A stretch of DNA of 63,925 bases, the filler included, from Collodictyon triciliatum (taxonomy: Eukaryota), in the NCBI GenBank assembly GCA_043381765.1. It is 4 parts of 4 records of this genome, joined end to end, with 100 filler letters (N's around TTAATTAATTAA, not from the genome) between each part and the next. Parts side by side here need not be neighbours in the genome. Positions count along the whole stretch, not along the records: positions 1 to 19,427 come from JBHJMP010001300.1; 3 more parts are not named here. One strand, written 5' to 3'. A program made the position numbers and the translations under genes. The notes below the pieces were generated by a model. The model did not search any database. It saw nothing but the letters and a program-made list of their open reading frames with translations, and was not told where the DNA came from. Positions 1 to 12,173 of the stretch are shown here, piece by piece (within the stretch, counting starts at the first letter, position 1; each line of letters begins with the position of its first letter).

Positions 1-108
1 TTTGTGTGTTTTGTGTGTTTTGTGTGTTTTGTGTGTTTTGTGTGTTTTGTGTGTTTTGTGTGTTTTGTGTGTTTTGTGTGTTTTGTGTGTTTTGTGTGTT
101 TTGTGTTT
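1..108. repeat. 9-bp tandem repeat (TTTTGTGTG)n at the window/scaffold start
   Basis: About 12 perfect copies are visible; they account for the spurious (VLC)n ORF 2..250. Confidence 0.95.
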
Positions 109-784
109 GTTGCCTTTTCATTCGGTGACTGTTTTGGTAATGCCTCTTATGGGATTTGATATGACACAGGGCTCCTTGCCAAAGACAAACATCCAGACAT
201 CACAGCCAGCAAGCAACCAAAACTCTTGCAATACCTTGTATACGCCATAACACCGCACCATACAACAGAAAAGCCTGTACTACATCATTCAGAACCACAA
301 CAGTATACGCAAGGCACAAAAATTTATCGTGCAACACAAATCGCAATAATTGAAAAGGAACATATCTAGTATATCAATAAATTCCACAAATACTATGTAA
401 ACATGCACCCACAGCAAGATGAAACCAGCGCAAAACCAGTCGGCTCCGCTAGACGACCGAGTGAGCAAGCAGTTGCGCGGCGTTTGGTCAGCTGGCTGAC
501 GAAAGAGTGCCAGCGGTAGGCTGTGGGAGGGTGAGCTATGGCTGGGTTGAGCGAAAAGGGGTCATGGCAGGTCAGGATTATGCGCACGGTCGATCTGGTG
601 GGACTAGCAGACACGGGTGCTGCCGGATGCCTGTCGTTCCTGTTAGATCCGCTCAGAAGACAGCCTAAAGTCAAAAAGAGTTGTGCGTGTGTAACTTTTT
701 TCGGAAACAAAAGACAAAGAAAAGCGTGAAGCATGCTGACAAACTGCTTGTTGTGCAGGAAAAGGGCCGACCCGAGCACGCACA

Positions 785-3700
785 ATGAGCACACAGAAGG
801 AGCCTGAAATTCTAACCCACTCGCTAGCCAAGCGGGCTCTTGTTCTGCGCCTTCGCAGGCTGCAGTCTCTTTGCTGCCCCTTCGGTTCTGTGGACGAGAC
901 ACGACCCGAGGCTCTTGTTATTATCAATGGTGCGCAAGTGCATTTATTAGTCTCGCTCTGAATGTTAGTCGTTTTCTTTTCTCCTGTTGCTGCTCACAGC
1001 CGTTTCGAATCTTGATGCGCAGGTGTGGACGGGCAGTATAACCACGGCTCCAGAATTCTCACAAACTATCTGCTTCGTGGACTAGCTGGAAATGACCTTT
1101 ACGTCTCGAGTTCTTCAAACAACACTCTGGACGAAGTTTTTCTGGTGATCACGCACACTCATGCAAGTGTTCATTTTTTCTTTTTCAAAAACTTTTTTTC
1201 TGGCATTTTCCCCTTCAACTGCTTTCAAACATATGGACACAAATCTTATTCCTCTTGTCCAGCCGCGTGTTAAAATTATAAATCTAACATCATTCACATA
1301 TCCACACTCTCGCTCGTTTCACGTGAAATCCTGACGCACATCTCTTGCCGGTCAACTGTTTCGTGGTGACAACATTATAGGTGCGTCTCTACTCCACCCC
1401 CGAGAGTTGGAAATACCTTGGCCCAAGGGTTGTTGGATACGGTTCACTTCATACGTATCTTTTGGACAAGAAAAGCTACGATGACGTTGTAAGAGTTCAT
1501 ATTTTCAAGGGAACCCCTAAAAACAAACAAAAAACCTACCAACAACACATACAAAAAAAGCTAGGCAATATAAATTTAAACTATTACTAAATAAGAGCTT
1601 CTTAAAATTAAAAATTAAACAAACTATTGAAAAACTCTTGTGCTGTTCTTTTTTTTCTGTAATTTATCGCATTAAGGATGGCGCTGAAGAGCATAAAATC
1701 CGTTCATTCATCGACGCTGTCAAGTCTTTTAAAAGAATCGGAATTCCTCTTAGTCTTCGCTCCAATGGAATAATCCTTACACTCGATAGTAGAACTATAT
1801 TGAACATTGAACAATGGCCCTTGATTCAATCGTATGCATTAGAAGGTAAGCAAGACGAATCCTCGTATGAATACAAATGTATTTCCTTGATATTCCTCAC
1901 TCACTCACTCACTCACTCACTCACTCACTCACTCACTCACTCACTCACTCACTCACTCACTCACTCACTCACTCACTCACTCACTCACTCACTCACTACA
2001 TTTCTATTTTTATTCCTATTCCTATTTCTATTTATATTTCGTGAATATGGCCACTATCTCATTTATTGAGTAAAAGAAAGGAAATGATTCCATATGAATA
2101 GTTTTCAATTTATTAACATAGAATTTTAAAGTAACAGTCGCACACTTCTCTCCGCACATTCCTAGGTTTTGGTTCTGGAGGGTTTTTCTCCATGAAACAT
2201 AAAGTCATGGACATATCACAACACATCTTAGATATAGTCACCTCTGCCGATGCCATCTCCATTCGTGACGTTCTTGTAAACCAAATACCTCGGATTTCGT
2301 AAGTCGAGATCGTCAAAACAAATGATATTATGGTCACTACCATAATACTTTTCGCCTCTTTTTTGTACACAGCACTTAAATGTTATCATCACTTGATAAA
2401 TCAATAGGGTTTCTCTAAAATTATGATTATAAATCCAAATCAGATTGACATGGTCATCATTTACTGGTAATATTGACCGCCTGTACGCAAGAAAAAGTGT
2501 CGATTCTATTGTGTTGGAGGAACTTGCCGAACCACTACTTAGCTATCATGCTTACGGAAATGTAAACTCATTGGCCGGTTCTTCCAGGTAAAACTCAATG
2601 TAAAAGCCCATAAAGTCTGCGGTACCTCTCAAGAAAAAGCATTTTCTGTCATTCTTGAACACTCTGTTATGCATATGCGTGGTGGTACATAGAACGCTCA
2701 GCACTCTATGTTTTCTAAATATTTCCCAAATTTCAACTGAAACCTTATTTACTCCCCAATATATTTCTCCAAATGTACTGAATTAAATATCATATTTTAG
2801 GCCACCAGTCTTGTATCTTGGTCCTGACGAATCAGGTTTGCATGAACTCCTTAATAGTTTAATTCTTGTCTAAAAACACAACATATTTAATTCGAACGAT
2901 TCTGAAAATTTGGAAAAGCTTCGTTACAGTTTCTAATGAGCTGAAGTTAACTTATAGAGCCTCTTTATGTCGTTTCTGAGCTACGACAACCACACGGCCC
3001 TGTTCGCTTTGTGAGAACTTACTTCTTCACCCACGGAGGGAAAGTGGACGACTTTCATCTGAATGAGATTTGGAGCAATTTAGTGGAAGAGGAGCCAAAC
3101 CCTTCGGCTGATCGTGATATCCAAGTTTCAAGGTGAACAGTCTGTAATATTTTACAAAAAAATGGACATGTAGATTAGCTTGGTCCTGTGAGGTAAGTTA
3201 ACCGCTCATTTTAATTAAAAAGGACTCTGCTTCAAATATACTCTGCCCTTGTAACGTCGGTCCAGCATGGAATATCTTCCTCCTCAAAAAAGAAGAGTCC
3301 TAACGACCTCTTTATGGATTTGTTTGCTACTATGATGTCGTCAGTTCTACCTAACATCAATATACGGTAATATCTATGATAACATTAATAGTACCTTCGC
3401 CGCGTGCATTTATTCTTGCCCGTACAATTTTTCCTGACTAAAGTTTTTTTTCCATTTTTTAAACTTAAATAAGTTGTACTTAAGCTCAGAATATATATTC
3501 TATCAGAAGCATTCAGCTCTTTCGAGAATAAATGCTAATGGTTGCCCTCCCACATATAAAATAGTGAGTTCACACAAATGGAATCTATTGAAGTGAATCT
3601 GGATGGCGAGCCGGTATCTTCGGCTAGAAGCACTTTCAAATTCTTTGGTGTTCAAATATCCAAACTACCAATCTCTGGTCCAGGAAAGCCGATTACAGGT

Positions 3701-6700
3701 CAATATGACTTCCCTGAAGTCTTTGTCTTATTAAATATGTAATAAATATGTCTTAAAAATGATCTTATTTTATTGTTATTAATTTGGTCCAAAATAGTGA
3801 GTTTATCATATGGAGATACATATGTTGCAAGTTTGGATGATGACGGTCATAACATTATCATCTCACAAATGTTTGAAAGCTGCCTTACATGGCCCGATAA
3901 ATACTCGAAACCAATTATCGAAGTACAAAAGTCAAAACTTGAGGTAGCAGACCTACCAATTTTCAATATGTTACGTTGTCCTTTTTCTCATAGTTTTCTT
4001 TGTTTCTTTGTTTCTTTGTTTCTTTGTTTCTTTGTTTCTTTGTTTCTTTGTTTCTTTGTTTCTTTGTTTCTTTGTTTCTTTGTTTCTTTGTTTCCTTTCT
4101 TAAACTAATCTTTGGATTGCATGTCTTTCTTTGTTTTCCATTTTCTAACCTTTCGTATACCATCCAGAAATTGAACCAAAAGAGTACCACAGTATTTGGG
4201 AAATTTTTAACAGGTCAGCAAATAAGCGCACATCTTACCCTCTTACTTTTTACAAGTTTCCGAGTATTTTTCAAGCAAATCTTTTGCTCGATAGATACAT
4301 GTGATATTGTATTTTTCTGTTCTTTGAAGTGTATATTTCTTCTTTCTTTCTCTCGAAAACAAAAGGGTGAAGTCGGTTTATATGGTTTCTGAATTTACAT
4401 ATCTGTATCAGATTTGACCAGCGATGTCTGTGTTGGATTTCCTGAGTCCCTTCTAAAATATTCGAATTTTCGAATGTTTGCCTTTCAACGTGGATTCATT
4501 CTGTGGAGCTCTCGTCTTGGCTCGATTGCAACATCCTTTGAGGCAGATGTCTCATCTATTCATCTGGTTTACGATTGTGGTGCCAGTGTAAGCTCAAACT
4601 CAACTATCTTCAACAGTCATCATATTGCACTAATATTTATTCAAAAAACCACCCTTGATAATATCAAGCATCAGCCTTCTCAACTTTAGATAATTTTGTA
4701 CGTTTCTACCTCTCGTCATTGTGCAAATATTTGAATTGAGTAGTTTAATGGACTAATTGAAGGATACCATCATTTGCAGAAGGATACTCTGTTTATCTCG
4801 TTTTCTTTCAAAGAAAATGCCAAGCACAGAGTTCTAGGGGGCGTGAATCCTGTAAGTGAAAAGCATGGTTGCAGTGAGAGCCAGTTTGCACTTTTTGTTT
4901 CTGGCGGGACTTTGGCGAGGCGCACCTTTCGAACACAGATTCTACCTATTTGGCAAGACTTATGGAGCGTATTGGTATGTATCACTTTTCATTTTAAATT
5001 TTTGATGAATGAAATAAAATAGGTGTAGTCTTATACTCTATGGCTCTCAATAACCCGGCTTATATACGCAAAACTTGGATTGAGTCAAAGCATTTTCGAT
5101 AATCGTGGCTTCTATTCTTTTTCTTCTGGTTGTTAGTGACTTTTCTTTTTTTATTTGTACAGGGTATAAGTATCACAAAATCAGAATCTATTCCATTAGA
5201 GTATGAGTCGGTGCACCAAGACCTGGAAATATCCATCAGCAAGTATGATGAAGGCAAAACCCCCCTAAACTATCTTCCATTATTGAATATTGCAGTTGAA
5301 TTAGATCCAGATATATACCTTTTTTCTTCCAAAATCAATCACATATTCTTTATTCAACTACCATTTTAATACAAAACACAAATATATCTGCCACTCTGGT
5401 CTTATTCATGTTGGTCAAAGCCAAAGGAAGCATGAAGTCACTTTACCCGCGAATGAAGAGTTTCTCCAACAATGGTTAATCGACGAAGCAGTGGAATCTA
5501 ATGACTCTTCAAAAAAAAAGTGAGGATTTGTCCCATAGACCATTACGAACATCAAACATATCTCGAATGGAACAAAAATCTCATAAAGAAGCTTACTATA
5601 GATTCCTGCAAGAACTCCAAGTTGACTCTACCGAGGTTCATTTGAAAGCATATATTTCTACCCACTAAATGCGTGGTGTAACTTTGATTCCTTGTACATA
5701 GTTAATGATACGTTTTTTACCACCTATGCCACCATTTTCTGCAGCACATCAAAGTCCATTTTGTCACCGAGTTTCCTGGAAGTGGCGGACATGTCTTTTG
5801 CAAGTCTCTTACTTCCGCAGCTGAACGGGACCAAATTCAGATGCACGTTGTGATGCCCGAAGAAGTCACAGTAATGTTAAATATGCCAACACATGTCCGC
5901 ATGTCTCTCCTTTAATGTTTGTTTTAGATCAATAATAGTGAATTTTATTTACTTTGATATCACTTCACAATCATCCTGCAAACGAAAGGAGATTCACTAT
6001 CTTTCGCTTTGCATCGTCTCACTTTATTTGTATAGCATCTGGAATCATACAATTGTACATATGTCGTCGATTCGCTGAAAAGATTTCTTGGGCTACACGA
6101 TTTCAAAAGCTTCGAGAAGGTTTCTAATCGTTGTGTATTCTTCAAGCAACATGAAATTGATGAAGCAAATAAGGGCACACAATTAAGAACTGAATCTATG
6201 AAGTTTGCATGATATGCACTCTTTCAATTCCTTCATTTTTTTGGGTTTCTCGTTTACCTTGTTTTCCTCGTTTTCCTTTATCTTCGCTAACTGGCAAACT
6301 TTTAGACTTTTGCTATTGTATTAATACCTGGAATGCTGAGTCTCCCAGAATTCACTGGAGAGTTTTTAAGGTTAATCGAGGAGGAGTCACTACCGTTTGT
6401 TATGAGGTAAGTGATTTTTTCTTTTCTGTCCTCAACAGGGACTTTATTTTTGTTTCTTGTGTATCTTGTGTTCCCACATGTTGAAAAAAAATTCTCATCG
6501 ATTTCTCGTATATAATGAGTCACTACGACTTCATTTTTTTCTTGAATCTCATACGAAAATTCACAATCAGCTCGGTGTCATTCTGCCTGAACCCAAAAAT
6601 CCTCGGAACAGGCCAGCGCCATTATTATCCAGAGATTATGGACCTTGTGCGACCTGGATGGGTTCAGCAGATAATCTTAGTAGAGAGTTTCAAACTAAGT

Positions 6701-8371
6701 GTAATTCAAGCATTTGAACTTATAGCTATGCTGTTGTTCTCCCCCCTTTATTTGAAGGCAATTCATCCGTAGCCCAACCATCATCCCTGATTTATTTCAT
6801 CGTTCGATATTAAAGCCAGCAGAGTCCACACATGGACAGGACTTTGTTAAATCCTTGGGAGTCAAAGTGCCGACAATTCGTTTCGGCCGCGATGGAATTG
6901 TGGATGAGCAAGATTTAGATACATTCTTGTCCTGTGCAACCTTTCTGGAGAAAGAAAACATACGTGATCGAACTGTTTGCACACCACATTGGGCTACCTC
7001 ATCCAGTTAGGAGATAACAAATGCATATAATCTCTTCTGAATCGCCAATCAGTGTGGGAGTTCTATTGCATTTTAGGCCCTCATTAAAATGACTCTTTTC
7101 CTTGCTCGTTAACGTAGTCCCACCAAGAAAACTCTTCTCAACTTTGGAAATCACGATGGCCAACCGTCTGTGCAAAAGTGCGTTTCTAGATATCATGAAC
7201 AGGCTTCTTTGCCGAAGTAAGATTTTACTTTTAAGCTTGGTCGAACATTTAACATTATGGAACCCATAAATCAATGTAGGCACCCTATCTGCTCTATTAT
7301 CTATTTAGTAACTTTTGTGCTCTCTTGAATTATCTTTTAATGACAGGAAACATGATATGTTTATGATAATTTAAGACAATCATAAATATATATCTAGATG
7401 CCAGTGGTAGCATCGTACATGTAAGAGGGACTGTTCGATTTGCGGGTAAGAAACAAGTGTAAACGATTTAAAAATTGGTCTTGCTTATGTCGTTAATTTT
7501 TTTTTATTTTTTATTGGTATTATATGGAATGTGCATTTAGATCCAGAAGAGGTGGTCCATGTTAATATGTGGAAGCTATCCAATCCTGATTTCTCAGGGA
7601 AGCTAAGCGCCAGCATTGAAAGTAGCCATCTTTTGTTTTTTGGAGCGAAGCTTGATGAAGAAGATATTCGCAAAAATCTGCGGACTTGCTTTGCAAAGGC
7701 AAGTGCATGTTTATTCTCTGTCTCGTACCGGTCTTAGCACAATTGATTGTATATTTTTTTTTATTAAAAAAAAATACAAGAGGACTTTTTTTCCGTTGTT
7801 CCCAGTGGGTGCAAATCCCGGGAAGTTTTATAAGCATACGGGCTAGTGATGCCAACAGCATTCGCACGGAAGCAGCCGTCATCGCGATAAATATGCATAT
7901 GTATTTACGCATCGTTGTGTTCACACATATGTAGCCCCGAGCAAATCTGGAGCTGCGAACAGAAGCCAACATAACAGCGGAGGAGAGCGAACGCTTCCAT
8001 CACGAAACGCGGGACCTTCCTCTTCCTGATGGTTACTTCTTTGACGGGCAGCGGTTCCTGCATTATGAGCTGGGCGCGTCGTTCTACCACCCCGGTTTGT
8101 TCGCACGCAAACCCAGTCACGATGCCTCTTTATCTATGTGTGCTTTTCCATTCCCGCATAGGGGAAACCAACAAGCTCTGCAAACTTATTGTGTTGATCT
8201 TTCATCAAAACAAACCAAAACAAAACCTATGCATAACTTCAACTGTGCCGATGCTTGCATTTAGAGTACGCCCGCGTTGTGAGGGAGTTTATTGCACAGG
8301 AGAACAGGCGCATCCTGCAGCTGAACAAGGAGATTGCCGAGGAAACCCAGAGACACAAGGAGCAGTTCTAG
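785..8371 (+). CDS. DNAAF9: Dynein axonemal assembly factor 9 (Shulin / C20orf194) homolog, multi-exon (>20 exons)
   Basis: Spliced exons read LRLRRLQSL..PEALVIING|VDGQYNHGSRILTNYLLRGL, AEEHKIRSFIDAVKSFKRIGIP, IEQWPLIQSYALE|GFGSGGFFSMKH, VTEFPGSGG (degenerate P-loop), LLFFGAKLDEEDIRKNLRTC, LPLPDGYFFDGQRFLHY..HP|EYARVVREFIAQENRRI. These are colinear with the C20orf194 motifs as I recall them ([68 protein letters not shown]..HP). ATG at 785, TAG at 8369-8371; intron phases are consistent where checked. Confidence 0.9.
1896..1997. repeat. (TCAC)n microsatellite in a DNAAF9 intron
   Basis: Directly visible tetranucleotide array. Confidence 0.95.
3995..4095. repeat. (TTTCTTTG)n 8-bp tandem repeat in a DNAAF9 intron
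   Basis: Directly visible array. Confidence 0.9.
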
Positions 8372-8545
8372 AGCCGCTTCTGGTGGGGAGAAGGCGAAGG
8401 GAGATAAACGGCACGCCAACCTGGCCTCACAATCCTCGCCCAAGGGATTTCCTGTCGGGGTGTCTGTCTGCTTGTCTGTTACTCTGTTTGTCTGTTTATC
8501 TTTGGGCCTTGGGCTTTGGGCAAACGCGGCACAAGCACCGGGCAA

Positions 8546-9195
8546 TCAGCACTCTGCGCGTGAGCCGTCGGCCCGCCACCGCACGTCGTTGCGCGCACAG
8601 TCGAACGCGGGCTTCCCGAGTCTCTCGTTGACGTGGTTGTGCAGGTCGCACGCCCAGCGGCCAAACTCTGCGCGCGTGGCGGTCTGCGGGGGGTGCGCCT
8701 CGACATACTCCTCAAACTCCCTCTGGCACACGTGGCACGGATACAACTGGCTCAGCACTCGCACAAAGACGCCTGCGCGCTGCTGCTGCTCCGCCGTCGG
8801 CTCGTCGGGGAAGTTGGACGCGAGTGTGTGCAGAACCGTCCACGTGGCTGTGTTCGGGACAGGCCCAAGGGTTAGCTTTTGTGCGGAGGGCCTGTTTGTG
8901 GGGCCGCCGGGGCGGTGTGGTTACCTTGGCCGAGACCCTCGACGTCGACGGGGCACGGAAGCTCCTCGGCAGTTTGCTCTGCTCCTGGGCTCTCTGCCTG
9001 CTGTGGCTGTGGCTGCGGCTGTGGCTGTGGCTGTGGCTGTGGCTGTGGCTGTGGCTGTCCAAACTGCCCCAGAACCTGGCGAAACTGGTTCATGCGTGGC
9101 TGGCAGAGGTGGCAGTCGGCCGGGTCGGGTGTGCCCGCGCCTTGTGGAGCCGCACACAGGGCCGGCCGCACGAGAAGGCGCACAAGGAAGCTCAT
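8546..9195 (-). CDS. ERV1: Erv1/ALR (GFER) FAD-linked sulfhydryl oxidase, 2 coding exons (9195-8925, 8847-8546)
   Basis: Spliced product has an N-terminal CHLC shuttle motif, a (QP)n linker, CPVDVEGLGQ|ATWTVLHTLASNFP, the redox motif YPCHVC, WACDLHNHVNERLGKPAFDC (CX16C), RWR and a terminal Cys. The GT-AG intron 8924-8848 is phase 1. The start at 9195 is inferred. Confidence 0.93.
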
Positions 9196-9424
9196 CTGAT
9201 CGGCAGCGCCTTCTGTTTCCTGTGTGGGCAAATGTGTCCTGTCGTGTGAGTCGCAGCCGTGTTTGATTGCCGCAAGAGGCTGGCATGCTGCTCTGATTGC
9301 AAACCCCTCAAGAGTCGCTTCTGCATCACACACACACATATACACACACATACACACATGCATACACACTTTATCCCCGTCTTCCTGACCCGTCCGCGAT
9401 CTGCAGAGCAAGTCCTGCACAGCC

Positions 9425-11255
9425 ATGGCGCAACCCCCGAATCAGACACACGAGTCCCACGCATCCCCGACCGGATCGAGCAGCCTTCTGTAAGCCGCCT
9501 CTCTGCTCCGCGTGTCTCCTTCCTTTCTTCCTGGCCTTTCTCGACGCGCCCTGTGTTGATTCCCTTCACACCTTTTCGCTGCCCCTTCAAAAGTCAGCCG
9601 CAGCACAAGGTGGCCCTCTTCTGCTCCCAGGCCAGTCGCTACTTTGCAGACCTGCTCGCCTCGCATCTCGGCGTCACCGTCTGCAACACTATTACAAAGG
9701 TTGCGCGCTTGAAACAGATACGCGCTGCCTGCTTGCCTCCTCATAGCACTTTCTTCTTTTTATTTTCATCTTTCCCCAACTCTTGTGCTCAAACAACGTT
9801 CCACACAAAATACAAGAAACCCCATTTTAATACCCGCTGACAACTTTCTCCAAAGACGTTCGGAGATGGTGAAACATACTATCGCCTCGATATCAGCGAC
9901 CGCAACCAGTTTGTTGGCTATGATGCAATCTATGTGGCATCCACCCACAATGATACCGAGCTCCTTGTCTGTGATTCTGTCGATACTTTTTTTTTTTCAT
10001 GCATCAAGAACCATACAAAGATAACAAAGAGAAGTGACATCTTAACACATTCATTTGTCATGCACCCACGCAGGCCTTAATACGTATCGGGAATCTTTTG
10101 GCCTCGTAAGATATCTACATTTCTATACGAAACATATCACGAAGTTCTCATCCAGCCATAATAACGGGCAAGAACTATGTCACACTACAAACCGCTGGCT
10201 GGGTGAAATAAACCTGACTCGCTCTGATCTCATCCACCAAACAGGTGTGGGACACATCGCCGGATATTTGTTATTCCATTTCTGGGGTATTCGACCATGG
10301 AAAGGTCTGTAAAGCCAGGGGAAGTAGTAACATGCAAAGTGAACTGTCGCATGATGAGCTCCATCCCAAATACTGGCTCAGGAAACGTATTTCTCCTTCT
10401 TGACCTCCATGTCAGCGGAATACTGCAATACTTTGAAGGTTATTTGCAGTAATACCTCTCCCCAAGACATTTTTACTTGTGATACCTCTCTCTTTCTTTC
10501 TCTTATATTTGCCAATTATTCTATACATTATTTCAAGCATCGATCAAAATTGTTTTTTTCTCTTACGCATGACAATGTCTTCTTATAAGCATCTATGAAT
10601 GAATATACACCAATAATATTTCACGCTTCCTCAAGTTCATGCAAATACATTCCAGGGCCTTGTATAACTATCGAGCTTTACGCCGAAGAATATCTTCGGG
10701 AAGCAATCAAGCGATTGGAGTTGCAAAAGTTTGTCATGGCATCGGCAGATCTTGGGAGACCTCAGTGGGTATGATATCTGAGTCCATAAAGAATCTGAAC
10801 AAGTCGCAAACTTTAAGCATTATTGTAATCAATAACCTGGCAGTGCCTTTTTACGTATCAATATTATTACGGCAATTAGGTTGAGTCCTTTGCCAGAATT
10901 TTTGGCACTGATATCGTGCTGATACGCAAAAAGCGGGATGGAGAGCAAACAGAAGTAATGATATGTACACCCAAAAATCAGATAGAATCAACATAACAAA
11001 ACATCTGCAGATTCTATATGGATGATGTGGAGCCCTCATTTTTTTTTTCGCATAGATTACTCACGTAATCGGAGACGTGGAGGGACTTGACGTTGTTATA
11101 TACGGTGTGATAATCTTACAGTCTAAAATTACTACCTTGGTTGTCATGCGTGATAATAAAATTTTTGACTGTTCTCTCTTTTTCTTTATAAAAATATCGA
11201 AAAATAAATAAATTAGTAAATGAAATGAAATAAATAAAAATAGAGTAAATTCATG

Positions 11256-11354
<99 letters not shown>

Positions 11355-11946
11355 GTTATTATGTTTCCAGATGATATGACTAGGAGTGCCGGGACCTTGA
11401 TTCACGCAGCAGAGGCGTACATCAGGAACGGAGCAAAGAGGTAAAAAAAAAAAATCCATTACTTACACGAGAGGAATGACGCACGCACGGATGAACATTC
11501 CACGACGCAATCCAGACAATGTGTTCGGTCTCATTGATTCTTGTTTGTTCTTTCTTATCGTGGCCTTCCCTGTCGTTCGCCTGATGTTGTGGGACCTTGG
11601 ACTTTGCCGGCTGCAGTGTGTTTACAATCATTTCGCACCTCGCCCTCAACAACGAGTCCGTCATCGACAAAATACTCGCGTCTCCCATCAAGAAGGTCAT
11701 CTGCACAAACTCGCATCCAATGTCGATGCACCCAGTAAGTTGCGCCGCACCAAGTCTCGTCCGCACCTGCGTTCTCGGTCCCTCTTCCCTCATCCCACCA
11801 TCCACACTTACGCCTATCTCGCTCCGCAGTCTAACCATATCTATGCCCAGAAAATCCGAGAGAGCGACCGCTTCGAAGTAATCGACGTAACTCCCGCGTT
11901 CAGCCAGTGCATCCACGGGTATCTGCACCGCTTCAAGCCGCAATGA
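9425..11946 (+). CDS. PRS: Ribose-phosphate pyrophosphokinase (PRPP synthetase), divergent type, ~11 exons
   Basis: Spliced motifs: TK|TFGDGETY, RRIFVIPFLGYSTMERSVKPGEVVTCK, LLDLHVSGI, MASADLGR, LIRKKR, VIGDVEGLDVVIY|DDMTRSAGTLIHAA (PRPP-binding loop), IISHLAL, VICTNSHP. Stop at 11944-11946. Confidence 0.92.
11257..11361. repeat. (TAT)n microsatellite in a PRS intron
   Basis: Directly visible; source of the spurious poly-Ile and poly-Asn ORFs. Confidence 0.95.
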
Positions 11947-12173
11947 TCATGTTTTCTTCGTAAAGAATAAAGCTTCACAGAACGGGCGAAGGAAAGGAGG
12001 AATATGAAAAGGAAGAGAGAGAATGAGAGGAAGGCGTCATCAAAGCTATCGCCTGATCCGCACCTCACCAGCACGGGTAAAGGGCACGCTGCTTGCGGCT
12101 CACTGGTTTATCTAGCCTTTCTCTACTCTTCATATCCCACAGTCAAAACGCCGCATCGAAGCCCGTCTCCCCC

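Noticed and set aside
1-108. (TTTTGTGTG)n as a telomere repeat
   Set aside because: A left chromosome end should show the C/A-rich strand on +. Similar T/G-rich minisatellites occur internally (56474-57150), so this is an ordinary repeat at a contig break.
110-290. Possible first exons of a minus-strand gene divergent from DNAAF9 (MVRCYGVYK|EPCVISNP..)
   Set aside because: Too short, no recognisable homology, and the frame is ambiguous.
8029-9840. Many long overlapping ORFs (e.g., 8334..9266, 8879..9199 with a CG repeat)
   Set aside because: Shadow frames of the GC-rich ERV1 and PRS exons and of the GGCTGT repeat.
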